A stretch of 64,000 nucleotides of DNA from an uncultured Nitrososphaeraceae archaeon (lineage in GTDB: Archaea > Thermoproteota > Nitrososphaeria > Nitrososphaerales > Nitrososphaeraceae), in contig CAVSLF010000004.1 in NCBI GenBank assembly GCA_963728595.1, positions 1 to 64,000 on the forward strand. Reading direction: 5' to 3'. The notes beneath the pieces are model-generated. The model did not search any database, had not been told where the DNA came from, and was given only the letters and a program-made list of their open reading frames with translations. Made by a program: the position numbers and the translations under genes. Positions 18,311 through 29,447 of the stretch are shown in pieces (the first letter of the stretch is position 1; every line of letters starts with the position of its first letter).

Positions 18311-19162
18311 TCAGACTTCGAGACGTTCCTTTCCTTTGACATCATAAATAAAGAATCTATTGTGCCAAAATAACCCAGCACTGGTGACAAAATAACTAGT
18401 GACAAAAAACAAATTCCACATCCAATTCATTTTTTGGAGAGCAGTAACATTGGAACTATAAGCAAAAGCACTGTCTCCTACACTCATTATCAATACAGCC
18501 AAAAAAATCCAAGGAATAGATGTCAATTCACCTTTGATAGGATTTAAAACAATTAGTGCTGCTGGTATCAACAGAGCAGTATCTAATAAGGGATAAGAAA
18601 TAGAAATTATGAATGACGTAATGCCCCCTTGAGTTGTAAAATCAGCTGTTTGTGAGATCCCGCTGATTAAGTATATGAGAAAGACAGCTCCTGCAACAAA
18701 TGCCAATAACTGGTGGGTTTTGGAATTTGATGCACCAAAAAATCGGTACAGTTTAAATACAAAATACAATAATGGTCCATAACCAATTAGCCAAAGGGCG
18801 TCTGCTATTGAAGGAAATGGATTTTCTATCTCTAACACGACCTCATAGTAACTCCAAATTATTTCTGCAATTAAAAACAGCGCTAGCCCTACACCAAGAA
18901 AAGTATATGTTTTGCCCATAAGACCGTCTGTTTTTTGTCTATAAATGACTAGAATTGAAAGACCCACCGCGATAGCGGCGGCAAGTGGTTCAATGATATC
19001 GCAGATAATAACCTTCTTGTCATCCGGTGAAAATATGATGAGGACACTGGTAAAGCCAACGCAGCCAATCAAAACGTAGATAATATTATTGCGGACTGAC
19101 TTGGTGTCAAAATGTAGTTTCTGAGAGTGTTTTTTTATTTTCGATACCTTATCGTTTGACAT
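18311..19162 (-). CDS. Multi-pass membrane sensor-type domain protein
   Basis: About 8 TM helices, PFPSIADALWLIGY and YPLLD motifs of kinase/cyclase-associated membrane sensor domains. Confidence 0.75.
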   Translation of the reverse strand: MSNDKVSKIKKHSQKLHFDTKSVRNNIIYVLIGCVGFTSVLIIFSPDDKKVIICDIIEPLAAAIAVGLSILVIYRQKTDGLMGKTYTFLGVGLALFLIAEIIWSYYEVVLEIENPFPSIADALWLIGYGPLLYFVFKLYRFFGASNSKTHQLLAFVAGAVFLIYLISGISQTADFTTQGGITSFIISISYPLLDTALLIPAALIVLNPIKGELTSIPWIFLAVLIMSVGDSAFAYSSNVTALQKMNWMWNLFFVTSYFVTSAGLFWHNRFFIYDVKGKERLEV

Positions 19163-19175
19163 GAGCTAATTTTGT

Positions 19176-19991
19176 CTATTCATATCTGAAGATTGGTTTA
19201 CCATATTTGTAAACTGCATGAGAAGGTTCTTCGATAATGACGTAATCATGAGATCCAATTACAGACTTCATTGCGCCAAGTTGTTTTGGTTTAAGTTTAG
19301 AAATATCAAATGCGCACAAAATAGACGTTTTTTCGGGAAGTTCCTTGCATAATGATTCTTCAAGCAAAGCGAGACCTCGGGTATAACCATTTCTTATCCA
19401 CCATGTTGCATCGTCTTCTGCAATTCTAGTCGAGCTATCCGACTTATTGTTGGCACGTATTCCATCTATCCACTTTCGCATCTTGGCAATCGCATCTTCC
19501 TTTATGGGGGCATTGATGGGACCAAAAAGTTGTTTGTATGAAATGGTGCTGGAGAGATCAAAAAGAACGTAATCCATTGGATTTTCTGATAGAAGAGCCT
19601 TTGGAGCATCACGTGGACTAAAATATTCTGATAATATTTTGCTTAAGGAAACCTTGTTTGAGTAAAGATATGCAATGTGGTTGTACGATGACATTTTGTG
19701 AACAAAATCTAAGGCTTCGATGCTACGGATCTCTTTCAAGACATCATTAATTGTAAGTGAAGGGTCAAGTATTTGAGGTACGGTGAGGTTTGATTTCTGT
19801 TCCGTAAGAGAATATCGTAATGCCACAACTTTGACTTTATCTATAACAGATTGCGCACCACGACCAAACAAGCGGTACATCGAATCCTCAAACAGCTCAC
19901 AGTTGGTCAGGATTTCCCTCTCAGACAATCGATTGATATGACAAATGTGGTCTATAACTGCTTTAGCATACGTTTTTCCTACAGCCTCCAA
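19176..19991 (-). CDS. MEDS-like sensory domain protein
   Basis: HIAYLYSN..TRIAED..LEE..SILCAFDISK..HDYVI. Confidence 0.65.
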   Translation of the reverse strand: MEAVGKTYAKAVIDHICHINRLSEREILTNCELFEDSMYRLFGRGAQSVIDKVKVVALRYSLTEQKSNLTVPQILDPSLTINDVLKEIRSIEALDFVHKMSSYNHIAYLYSNKVSLSKILSEYFSPRDAPKALLSENPMDYVLFDLSSTISYKQLFGPINAPIKEDAIAKMRKWIDGIRANNKSDSSTRIAEDDATWWIRNGYTRGLALLEESLCKELPEKTSILCAFDISKLKPKQLGAMKSVIGSHDYVIIEEPSHAVYKYGKPIFRYE

Positions 19992-20090
19992 TGTTACTTT
20001 TATTGACCGATAGAGGATATCGTCTGAAATGGAATCAAGAGCAAAGTACCTCTAGATCATCTAAAAGGGTCAAGCACTGAGAGCTATTTT

Positions 20091-20564
20091 TCATCTCAGT
20101 TGAAGCCCTCCTACAGTGTTTCTAGATCTTTGTGGCTTTACTGGAATAGCGTTAATGCAAATCGGAGACTCAATATTTGCTTTTAATTGTCGTACTAAGA
20201 TCTTCTCAATCACACAATCACCTAGAAGTGAGTTGGATATTTTATTATACTCTCTTGTTGGAAGTGCATCAATCATACCGAGCGAGTCCAACGCGCTAAG
20301 TCTCCAGTAATTGTTCAAAGCTGTAGGTATAAGATCTTGAGCGTGATGCACAATTTTACCAAATGAAGTAAGAGAATACTTACCACTCTTTCTAGTTATA
20401 ACGCCAATTTTCAATAAGCGAGACATACGAGAGTAGAATGCCTTAGCAGATAGTCTTGTTTCTGATAAAAGAAATTGGCTGTCAGCTTCTGCAAAGGCAA
20501 TTTTGGACAGAAGATAAAAAGATTTCGTGTCAGAGAGTGCCACCATCACCTGTGCAGTGGACAT
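20091..20564 (-). CDS. Winged-HTH transcriptional regulator
   Basis: FYSRMSRLLKIGVITRKSGKYSLTSFGK..NNYWRLSALDS. Confidence 0.8.
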   Translation of the reverse strand: MSTAQVMVALSDTKSFYLLSKIAFAEADSQFLLSETRLSAKAFYSRMSRLLKIGVITRKSGKYSLTSFGKIVHHAQDLIPTALNNYWRLSALDSLGMIDALPTREYNKISNSLLGDCVIEKILVRQLKANIESPICINAIPVKPQRSRNTVGGLQLR

Positions 20565-20780
20565 ACAGACTATATTTCTCCATTAATAGTAATAGTTTCT
20601 ATATCTGGAACTATTATTATTAGCTGGGTAATATGGTATAACTATCTCCAATAAAGGGAATGTATATTGTTTATTGCCAATTTGAGTCCCCATTTTATTT
20701 GATTTCTGACAGTCCATAATTACTAGCTTTCTACAATGTAGCGAACTTAAAGATGGTGAGCACACACTCATCCCAATTTA

Positions 20781-21184
20781 ATGTTAATAGTTGTTGGATA
20801 CAATTCGTTTACGAATTCCTCTGTGAGAGGAACGGGATTGGCGCGGATAATTAAAGGAAAGGAACCATCAGCACAAATCCCCGTTGCTTCAAGTTGGCTA
20901 CCGTCATTACAAAGCGGATCCTTTAGGCTATCGCCCCATTTTCGACCAATACCGAAGAATTAGTATTTGGAGCGAATACATTGTTGGTGTCGTCATTCTC
21001 CCCCGAAGGAAAAAATGATGTAATAGATTATAGGAGATTAACATTTTTTAACACTACCAACTCTTCCTTTACCGGTGGCGGAAAACTGGCTTTCCTTAAC
21101 AATATGGTGGCTTTATTGCTAACCCAGGTTAACGTAAGTAGTCCCAACAGGGAGCCGGATACCCCGATGTTGGAGTGGGAATAA
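20781..21184 (+). pseudogene. Disrupted remnant of a hypothetical gene
   Basis: Two short consecutive ORFs in different frames; FFNTTNSSFTGGGKLAFLNNMVAL looks coding. Confidence 0.35.
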
Positions 21185-21258
21185 TATAATAAACTCGTTC
21201 TCTTTTCCAAAGATCTATATTCTATGAAGTTAAATACCAGTTGGTGTAACTAGCATCT

Positions 21259-21552
21259 ATGTCACATTATATCTTACTAATAAAATGGACGGACCAAGGG
21301 ATAAGCAAGATTAAGGATTCACCAGATCGTTACAATTCATTTAAAGCATCCGTTGAAAAAGCAGGTGGCAAACTAGTTGGGGGATACTATACTTTCGGAA
21401 AATATGATGTAGTAATCATAATAGAAGCTCCGAGCGATGAAGTAGTTATGTCGCTAATGCTTAAAGTAGGTTCATCTGGAAATGTGAAAAGCCAGACCTT
21501 GAAAGCGTTTACCGCCGAAGAGGGAATAAGGATAATCAAGGAGTTATCATAA
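21259..21552 (+). CDS. GYD domain protein
   Basis: WTDQG..GGKL..YYTFGKYDVVIIIEAPSDE..GNVKSQTLKAF. Confidence 0.9.
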   Translation: MSHYILLIKWTDQGISKIKDSPDRYNSFKASVEKAGGKLVGGYYTFGKYDVVIIIEAPSDEVVMSLMLKVGSSGNVKSQTLKAFTAEEGIRIIKELS

Positions 21553-22045
21553 ATCAACCTAAAAAGTTAGTTCCTGGGAACTAATTTTATCCTTCAATCA
21601 AGTAAACTCTGAGGTAATTGAGATCTGACGATGAATCATTTGTGTCCTAAACGGACTTCTCGGATAACTCAAAACATTGATACTATCTGAAAAGTTTCAT
21701 AGAGTTTAGCTAATCTAGCCAAGGATTACAGACAAATTTGATCGAAGATATGGAGTTACTTCAAGTGAATACTGATACGATTATTGGCAACTCGGTCAGT
21801 TTCTTTATCGCTAGCTTATCAGTAGTATAACTTGAACAAAAAACATATGGATGAAATTTCTTGTTTTTGTAAGTGCTATTCTTCTATTGTCATTTGGAAA
21901 CTCCATTAGACTGTGACCAATGAAGTTAGAACTCTCATGACAAATAGAATTTCTAAACAAACCATAGCTCAGATTTGATTCGATTTTTAGATCGACCCGT
22001 TGTCTAATACTTTACTAGGTATTGACTATAATTTAGCCATTTTTC

Positions 22046-23092
22046 CTATGCGCTGCTGCTAGCACTACGATTCTTACTTTTTGTGTGGGTGTTCTGTTCC
22101 CCAGTTTTCCTATAAATCTCTTTTTCGCTTCCAGCGTGTAGTCCAACTAAAATCCATTGCTTTTTAATAAAGAACAAAAGTAACCCTATTGCCGTACTTG
22201 CCATCAAAATAATCACTATGAAAAAGCCAGTCGATACCGACTCAAGATTACTCAAGTCAACACCATTCATCCCATATATTCCAGCAATGAGAGTAAGAGG
22301 CAATAGGATTACAGTAAAAATGGTGAGAACCCTCATGGTATCGTTAATTTGAAGGGATACTTTGGCAACATACAGCTCACGTATTGAATTAATTGTTCCC
22401 TCATATGACTCTACGAAATCAATTAGCTGCGATATATCATCATACACCATTTCGATATATTTTACATCTTCTTTATCGTGTTCATTGTGAACAAGGAAAT
22501 TTATAATATTTCTAGCACGCCAGAAATGCCTTCTTAATGCTATTGTCTGTCTGGACAGGATATCGATATTGTCAAATATTTCAGGCGACGGTCTGATAAA
22601 GGATCTTCGTTGGTACTCATTTACTGATAACTCCAAGGCGGTCAGCAGTTGCTCGTATTTGGTAACTATCTCCGCCAATACGTTATAATACAATGCATCA
22701 ATTTGTGCTTCTTTGATTTTCTTATTTTTTACTTTCAAAAGCCTTTCAACCACTTCATTAATTTTGACTTCTGGTGTATGTATAGTAAGTAGCCAGTGTT
22801 TTCCAAGAAACAAGTAAATTCCCTCTGTTTCAAGCGTTTTTGGATCCTTGTTTTTCATATCCAACATTACAGTAAATGTGTGATCATCTAACACACGGAT
22901 TTCAGGTTTCTTTGATTTGTTAAAATATGTTTCCAATGCGTCAGCATCCAGGTTGAGTATTTTCCCTAATTCCAATAATTCCTCATGGTCGGGATCTACA
23001 AGGTCTATCCAGACATTATAGCCATTTTCCAAATCGTCAAGTGATCCATCTGTCTTGACTTCATGTTCATTGTAGGAAATTATAGTCTTCAA
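22046..23092 (-). CDS. corA: CorA-family Mg2+/Co2+ transporter
   Basis: WIDLVDP, INDTMRVLT..LPLTLIAGIYGMN signature, two C-terminal TM helices. Confidence 0.93.
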   Translation of the reverse strand: MKTIISYNEHEVKTDGSLDDLENGYNVWIDLVDPDHEELLELGKILNLDADALETYFNKSKKPEIRVLDDHTFTVMLDMKNKDPKTLETEGIYLFLGKHWLLTIHTPEVKINEVVERLLKVKNKKIKEAQIDALYYNVLAEIVTKYEQLLTALELSVNEYQRRSFIRPSPEIFDNIDILSRQTIALRRHFWRARNIINFLVHNEHDKEDVKYIEMVYDDISQLIDFVESYEGTINSIRELYVAKVSLQINDTMRVLTIFTVILLPLTLIAGIYGMNGVDLSNLESVSTGFFIVIILMASTAIGLLLFFIKKQWILVGLHAGSEKEIYRKTGEQNTHTKSKNRSASSSA

Positions 23093-23145
23093 CTAAGTAT
23101 TGGTCAGGTCCTATCAAGTACTGGATCGAAAAAAGCCAAAATCAC

Positions 23146-23556
23146 TCACTTGATTTTGCATGGAATGATTATCTCTGAATGGTCTATCTCAGAATCTAAT
23201 CTTCCATCATAGTTTGTGTCATAGCCAAAATATATTTTGTAATGACCTTTTTCCACATCTTCTATTACCGTCTGGTCGTTAACATTACCATTGATATCTG
23301 TGTGGAAATAACCATTTAACCGTGTCTTTCCATCAGAATCCTTCAACTCCCAAGAGGCAATATCGTCGATTACTAACCCCTTTGCCTTTATCGATAAATT
23401 GAGAACCGATTTTGGCCCACATGAGGGAGAAATTGATACTTCGGATTTGGCAAACACGTGCATATCAAGTGCATTGGTAACGAGAAAAATGCCAATAATC
23501 AGCCCGCAAACACATTTAATAACAGATGAGACATTCATTTTTGTGATTCGTTTCAT
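23146..23556 (-). CDS. Secreted Ig-like hypothetical protein
   Basis: Signal peptide ending VFA, VSISPSCGP start, beta-rich. Confidence 0.65.
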   Translation of the reverse strand: MKRITKMNVSSVIKCVCGLIIGIFLVTNALDMHVFAKSEVSISPSCGPKSVLNLSIKAKGLVIDDIASWELKDSDGKTRLNGYFHTDINGNVNDQTVIEDVEKGHYKIYFGYDTNYDGRLDSEIDHSEIIIPCKIK

Positions 23557-23959
23557 AAAATGATTATTAAGCAGTTTGCAACTAAATTACGGAAATAGTA
23601 TAATTCAAATAGTATATTTATCATTGAAGAATGTTAGTTTGCTTTGTGTCAATTCTGTTCCTAGCAAGTAATAGTTTTATACTGTTTTTACTTTTAGTTT
23701 ACTAAAATAAAATAATAAACTAAAACATCCGATATGTTAAATGATTACCATTGATAATTACACAATGACAATATCTTGATCAATTTCCATATAATCTAAC
23801 TATCAAATACATATATTGCAAGTTTGATATGATTCAAAAAATGTCAGGCTTACAATATCGCGAGGGCCTATACTTTTTGACATTTTCACTAATACTTTTA
23901 ATTACTTTAGTAAGTTTTTTTCCAAATGTACTTACTTCTGTGTACGCAATACCTCATTT

Positions 23960-24235
23960 GACGGGAGTTGGAGATTGGGGCTGCAGGCAGCAATACTAAA
24001 AATACCGTAAAGAATATTGTCAATCATGCTGCTCCTACGACTTTGGGGTTAGGAGACAATTCTTATCAAAGTACGGGAACATGTTGGTATAATATAGTAA
24101 AACCCCTCGACGGTGACGCAGATGCAAACAATCCAAAAAGGCTTAAAATTACAATCGGCAACCATGATGATACCCCAAGCTCATTACTAAATTCGTATAA
24201 AAAACATTTTCACTTGAATAAATTATACTCCAACC
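23960..24235 (+). pseudogene. Metallophosphoesterase fragment (frameshifted, truncated)
   Basis: GDWGC at 23970-23984, then shifted frame SNTKNTV..LGDNSY..IGNHD; homologous to the N-terminal half of 49365..51164. Confidence 0.8.
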
Positions 24236-25041
24236 AATGTGTCAAAATCATACTTGTCTAAGGCAATATCATGTGCCTTGATAAAACCAGCAGTGTCTTT
24301 TGCTATGGCTAGGTATGGAAAAGGAACCCACCCTGGAAATACAATATCCACCAACATGAGCACCTTTTGTTTGGGAGCATAGATAAAGATGTTACCTGGT
24401 AGATGGTTGGTACCATAGTAATCTAGTTTAAGGGTTTGATTTCCAATTTCTATTGTATAATTCCTGGAAAAAGTTATAGTCGGTATTGGGGGCACCATGG
24501 TAACATTCTTGGTTACAGCTTGGGCACTTTGTAATTCACGAGCAGTTTCATCCTGCGCTATGATAGTAACATTCTTCGGGAACAGTCCCGCAGCGCCGAT
24601 ATGGTCTATGTGGGCATGACTATAAATTAAATAATTAACTGGTTTGTCAGTTACCTCTGCGATAGCTCTAAGATATTTTTGGCCCAGTGAGGGAGGTGCA
24701 TCAACTGCCACAACACCTTTGTCTGTTACCAAGAACATGGTGTTATATGAACCATCAGTGACCCAATACAAACGATCATGTATTTCTTCAACCAGATATC
24801 CCTTCGGAGGAATTGCAGGGCCTTTGGCTGCTACAGGTAATTGTACTGCATTAGTATTGTTATCATTACTATTTGATTTATTCATTTTAGAAACTATAAA
24901 TTTGTAATATCCCTCCTCGTCAAACGCCAATCCTTTTAGAGGCGTTAACAATGGTATTACTGAACCGCTTGATAACAGAATGAGGACTACTAGCGCCGTT
25001 ACGCAAAATATCCCTATCCTTCGTATACTCTCATTTATCAT
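24223..25041 (-). CDS. Secreted metallo-beta-lactamase-fold hydrolase, probably C-terminally truncated
   Basis: YSHAHIDHIG motif, H in NHLPGN, VDIVFPG; ends DFDTLVGV* where the final GH ligand is expected. Confidence 0.85.
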   Translation of the reverse strand: MINESIRRIGIFCVTALVVLILLSSGSVIPLLTPLKGLAFDEEGYYKFIVSKMNKSNSNDNNTNAVQLPVAAKGPAIPPKGYLVEEIHDRLYWVTDGSYNTMFLVTDKGVVAVDAPPSLGQKYLRAIAEVTDKPVNYLIYSHAHIDHIGAAGLFPKNVTIIAQDETARELQSAQAVTKNVTMVPPIPTITFSRNYTIEIGNQTLKLDYYGTNHLPGNIFIYAPKQKVLMLVDIVFPGWVPFPYLAIAKDTAGFIKAHDIALDKYDFDTLVGV

Positions 25042-25354
25042 TCAATTGAATTGCTTGCAGTAATACTATTTAAAAGTTAAATCGTATGTTCTCGATTATT
25101 ATATTAGTCAACCCACAAGATGTAAGTAGGTTGAAAATCTCATAAATAAAGACAAAACGAGGTTACACATCCAATAAAATATCAGTAGATCTAAAGAGAG
25201 TTGTTTTCTACTATCATTAGTAGATATCCCACAGAATTTGAATAGTGGGTATTACAAAAAATGGTGCTCTTCTGGAATCAAATGTCCTTCTTTTCGCAAC
25301 TAGTGAGTTGAATTAACTTAATCTGAATCAGATATTTCTTACAATTTTATAACT

Positions 25355-25630
25355 TTAATAACTTACTTGTGATTTTTTGGAATCTATCATCCGCTGAGAA
25401 AATATTGCCGCCATTTCTTCTTTGGTATGACTGTCGAGCAAATGGTTGTTATAACTTGATAGATCTAATTTCTGGGCACAGAGCTCACAGATACAAGTAT
25501 TCATTGCCTCAAAGCAATCTTCACAGTAAAAAATATTTTTATCAGAAGAGCCAAATGCTGAAAATTCAGCCTTTATTATTTTTTCTTGATAACATCTACT
25601 ACACTTTCCTTTTTCTCCTATGTGGCTCAA
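25355..25630 (-). CDS. Small multi-zinc-finger protein
   Basis: CSRC, CEDC, CELC..HLLDSH. Confidence 0.7.
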   Translation of the reverse strand: MSHIGEKGKCSRCYQEKIIKAEFSAFGSSDKNIFYCEDCFEAMNTCICELCAQKLDLSSYNNHLLDSHTKEEMAAIFSQRMIDSKKSQVSY

Positions 25631-25905
25631 TAATTAAGGTCGTTCATTAATGATATAAGACGAGGGGAGAATAAAAAATGACAATCATATGAGTGATTAA
25701 TAGTGCAATCACATTGATAGATATACTAATAGTAACGAAATCTGATTTAGGAATTGTGCAAAAGGAATTATTATACAAGTACTTTAAAGCATTTGCTTTT
25801 GTTATTAAGTGCCTTTCTTCCTCCATGACTAACTTAGATATGCGATTTATTCCAGTCAGGAATGAGAAGATAGTTTGGCGGATTCGATATGGCAGAAATA
25901 GAAAT

Positions 25906-26229
25906 TTAATAGTCTGAGAAAGATAAGGAATGATTTGCTTTTGAATCAACATTTAGTAGACTTGCTTCTAAGCTGTACAATCTATAAGCAAAGCCACTTG
26001 TATTCCGGAGCTCAAAATATGACTGATCTGTTTTAATCAATGCCAAAAATGCAACAACTTCTTGTCGCTCTACGCCATGCTTGAGATCATATTGAATTCT
26101 TTTCGTTACTTGCGTCAAATTCCCATACTTTTTATTTAGCTTTTTTTGCCACCGTGATGCATTTTCCGGCAAGCCAGTTAGATATTTTACGATGGTCTCC
26201 TGCATATGCTTGACATGCCATTCTCTCAT
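25906..26229 (-). CDS. Hypothetical protein
   Basis: MREWHVKHMQETIVKYLTGL..KKYG..IQYDLKHGV; start refined to the internal ATG. Confidence 0.7.
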   Translation of the reverse strand: MREWHVKHMQETIVKYLTGLPENASRWQKKLNKKYGNLTQVTKRIQYDLKHGVERQEVVAFLALIKTDQSYFELRNTSGFAYRLYSLEASLLNVDSKANHSLSFSDY

Positions 26230-26606
26230 AGGGAAGAGATTGATATTTTGTGTCAGAATCTCGTATTTTGTACGACACATATATAATTATATAACAAACA
26301 TCTTTAATCTAGCCTGTAGGAGATTTATGTTCGTAGGTTTCGCAAGAGTAAATAGTTTCCTTTCTAACACTATGTTTACTTCCCGACACCAGGTTTCTCA
26401 AAGTCTCCTTGACAACTTGAATAGTTTCTTTTGTAAACAATATTATTGATTCAAGACACCAGTGTGCACTGTTTGATGTGCTTGAGTCATGCGACGTGGA
26501 AATCCATTCTTCTATAATTGTAGCGGAGAACGAACGAACAAAGGGTAAGAAGGAAAGAACGATGTTTGAGTGCCTATACAAATGAGAAATCTTACATGGT
26601 TCAGGG

Positions 26607-27029
26607 TTAGGTCCTCAACTGTTCCATCAATGAAGTCATGTCTACCAGATTCCAACGTTCCATGCATTTTGAATCACGAAAAGAAAATACAGTCATACCA
26701 TTGACTCTGAATTGTTTATTCGTTGGTCCAAGATCTACAAATTCACCTTTGTGTGTGCCGGTTAGGTTGTACCTGCATGCAACCTTATTCCTTTCAATAA
26801 TGATATCTTCAAAAGTAATTCTTATATCAGGAAATGCTTTCCACAAGAGATAAATGAACTGTTTAAAACCTCCCTTGTTGGCTGGAAGATTTGGAGGGAA
26901 ACCATGAATTGTCAAGGAATCATCATAAAAATCAAAGTAATTTGATTCCCTATTCTGCGGATCGTTAAACGTATGCGCCAATCGTTGCACAACTTCTCTT
27001 AGTGGCTCAACTGATGACATCGTCGACAT
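26607..27029 (-). CDS. SnoaL-like ester cyclase
   Basis: AFPDIRITFEDII..VACRYNLTGTHKGEF..GPTNK..ERW. Confidence 0.92.
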   Translation of the reverse strand: MSTMSSVEPLREVVQRLAHTFNDPQNRESNYFDFYDDSLTIHGFPPNLPANKGGFKQFIYLLWKAFPDIRITFEDIIIERNKVACRYNLTGTHKGEFVDLGPTNKQFRVNGMTVFSFRDSKCMERWNLVDMTSLMEQLRT

Positions 27030-27351
27030 AAGTAAGGCTTTTTTAATAAGTTTTTCCCCTGGCTTCTAGAACAAACACTATTTGCATTTGGGGATCATGA
27101 TCTTAAGCATAAAACAAATCTCTCCAGGTGGGCATTTTACCGTATACTGTTTAGTATCTCCTTAATGAATCAAATCCGCCAATACATGACAAGCACCTAG
27201 ATTGCAATAATGGCATATGCTTGGCCGCAACAAGTCTTAGCAGTATTACTATTTAACCAGTGAATTTTTTTGCTCAAGTGCTACTTATGTTCTTTGTCAG
27301 CTTTTGATTTTCAAGCTACCTTTTAATACAATTAATTGCGTTGTATTCATC

Positions 27352-28284
27352 TTGAAAATTGGACTTACGCTACCTCAGCTTGGGAAACAAGCTACTAGAC
27401 AAAATTTAATTAAGTTTTCTAGAAAAGCTGAAGAATATGGCTTTGACTCACTTTGGGTGCTTGAAAGGCTTCTTTCACCAATTAATCCAAAGACCCCTTA
27501 TCCTGCAACTCCAGACGGTAGTCTTCCTTCTGAATATCAAACAGTTCTTGATCCGCTAGAAACTCTGTCATTTGTTGCGGCGAACACAGAGAAAATATCA
27601 TTGGGGACATCTGTTATAGATATGCTATTTCACAATCCTGTTGTGCTTGGGAGACGATTTGCTACCTTGGACGTTCTTTCAGAAGGAAGGACGATTTGCG
27701 GTCTTGCCATCGGCTGGTCTAAAGATGAATATCAAGCCTCTAACATACCTTTTAAGAATAGAGGTAAAAGAGCAGATGAATTTCTTGATGCTCTAAAAAG
27801 TGTATGGTCCGATGACGTTGTAGAATTTAAAGGTGAATTCTACAATATTCCTGCATCAAAGATAGGTCCGAAACCGATACAAAAACCTCATATTCCGATT
27901 TATCTTGGTGGCTTTAGTCCAAATACTTTTTCTAGAATTGTAAATTATGATGCTGACGGCTGGTTGGGCGTACCATTTGGGCCTCTGGAACAACTTAAAA
28001 GTACAGTAAGTACAATAAGAAATCTTGCTATTGAAGCAAATAAAGATCCAAATGCTTTCAAGATCATTCTTTTAACTTATCTCAATATTTCTGATGCGAA
28101 AAACTCAGGCGGAAAGCAACGGTTTCCAATGTCAGGAACCATTGAAGAGATAGGTAACGATATAAGAGAAATAAAAGATATGGGCATAGAGCATGTTGTA
28201 TTCAGTCACTTTTTCACTCCACTATATGGAAATATGGATCAAACTATCGAAACCTCAAAACAGCTGCTTCAATTCGCTAGATAG
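27352..28284 (+). CDS. LLM-class (luciferase-like) probable F420-dependent oxidoreductase
   Basis: AEEYGFDSLWVLER..LDPLETL..LGTSV..ATLDVLSEGR..PKPIQKPHIPIYLGG. Confidence 0.93.
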   Translation: MKIGLTLPQLGKQATRQNLIKFSRKAEEYGFDSLWVLERLLSPINPKTPYPATPDGSLPSEYQTVLDPLETLSFVAANTEKISLGTSVIDMLFHNPVVLGRRFATLDVLSEGRTICGLAIGWSKDEYQASNIPFKNRGKRADEFLDALKSVWSDDVVEFKGEFYNIPASKIGPKPIQKPHIPIYLGGFSPNTFSRIVNYDADGWLGVPFGPLEQLKSTVSTIRNLAIEANKDPNAFKIILLTYLNISDAKNSGGKQRFPMSGTIEEIGNDIREIKDMGIEHVVFSHFFTPLYGNMDQTIETSKQLLQFAR

Positions 28285-28317
28285 CACAGAATTCAATTAT
28301 CTATCATCCTACTAGTT

Positions 28318-28767
28318 TTATTGTTTTGAAGTATTGTAATGCCAATAGAAACCCTTTAGCGAACTTATCTTTATGAATATTGTTCCAATTTCTACTTTAG
28401 AGTACTGAACATATTTTTCCATAAACAGATCGTGAACTTTGCGAATATATTTATCTTGATCTCCACCCATTTCTTTTTGTTCGACCAATTCTGCATACCC
28501 TATTAACATGATGAACCACAACCTTTGCCAATCATCTTCGTAATTGTCTATTTGAAAAGCAACTTTAGGGTTTTTCTGTATATTTTTTACCCTTTTCAGC
28601 TGGTTAATAGGAACGGTCTTTGGCTTATGGTCTAAGGGAATATAGATTTTGTTATTCTCTATCACAAACACAACTGGTGTAATATAGGGTTGAAGACTTG
28701 AATCAGCAGTCGCTAGATGAGCAACCTTTGCAGGTCTTAGTAGTTTTAAGATGCTCACAATATTCAA
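28318..28767 (-). CDS. PPOX-class probable F420-dependent enzyme
   Basis: AHLATAD..PVVF..LDHKPK..LKRVKNIQKNPKV..DNYEDDWQRLWF. Confidence 0.88.
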   Translation of the reverse strand: MNIVSILKLLRPAKVAHLATADSSLQPYITPVVFVIENNKIYIPLDHKPKTVPINQLKRVKNIQKNPKVAFQIDNYEDDWQRLWFIMLIGYAELVEQKEMGGDQDKYIRKVHDLFMEKYVQYSKVEIGTIFIKISSLKGFYWHYNTSKQ

Positions 28768-29447
28768 TAACTTTCAATAGGGCTGGTAAGTTAATAACTG
28801 ATGGTCTGCATCAATATGTCTTCTATACTATGCCACAATGCGGCGCTACTGAAAGTAATTAGGTAGTAAAGCCTTATTTTCGAGTCAATAACATACGCAT
28901 GCCGTGCTTGGGACGCAAAGCAATCAGTGGTTTCAACGCTACTTCATGAGCAGATTCTAAAGACTACTTCCACTGTAAGCAAATAGAGGAAACTAAGAGG
29001 ATCGCTTCCAACCAGACAAATGCCCTATACAGCCTCCTATGCCTTCGAATGTGTAACCTTTTTTTGAACTAGAGAACTTAACAAGTCAAAACAAATTAAG
29101 ATTGCCTGTATCATGAATGGTAAAGTTGCGATCACCAACTTTTCCATTCGCAAATGGATAAATAGTTTAAATTAATAGATGTATGAGCCCCAGATAATTT
29201 TTGAATGTCTGAGGATATCTTGATTTGAGCACGCGAATTCTGATGTCAATATCTCCAAGCCAGGCTTTTGAATAATACCATTTGCCTACCTTGAGTTCAA
29301 CTCGCGACCTAGTTGTACAGACGTCATTTCAACTCGGTAACATAGACGATCTGTTATGAAATTGATGTTACTCTGGTGCATGCAATGCATTATGATACTA
29401 GAATCAAAGAAATGAAATAAGGTTACAAATTTTCTGTTTCACAACAA

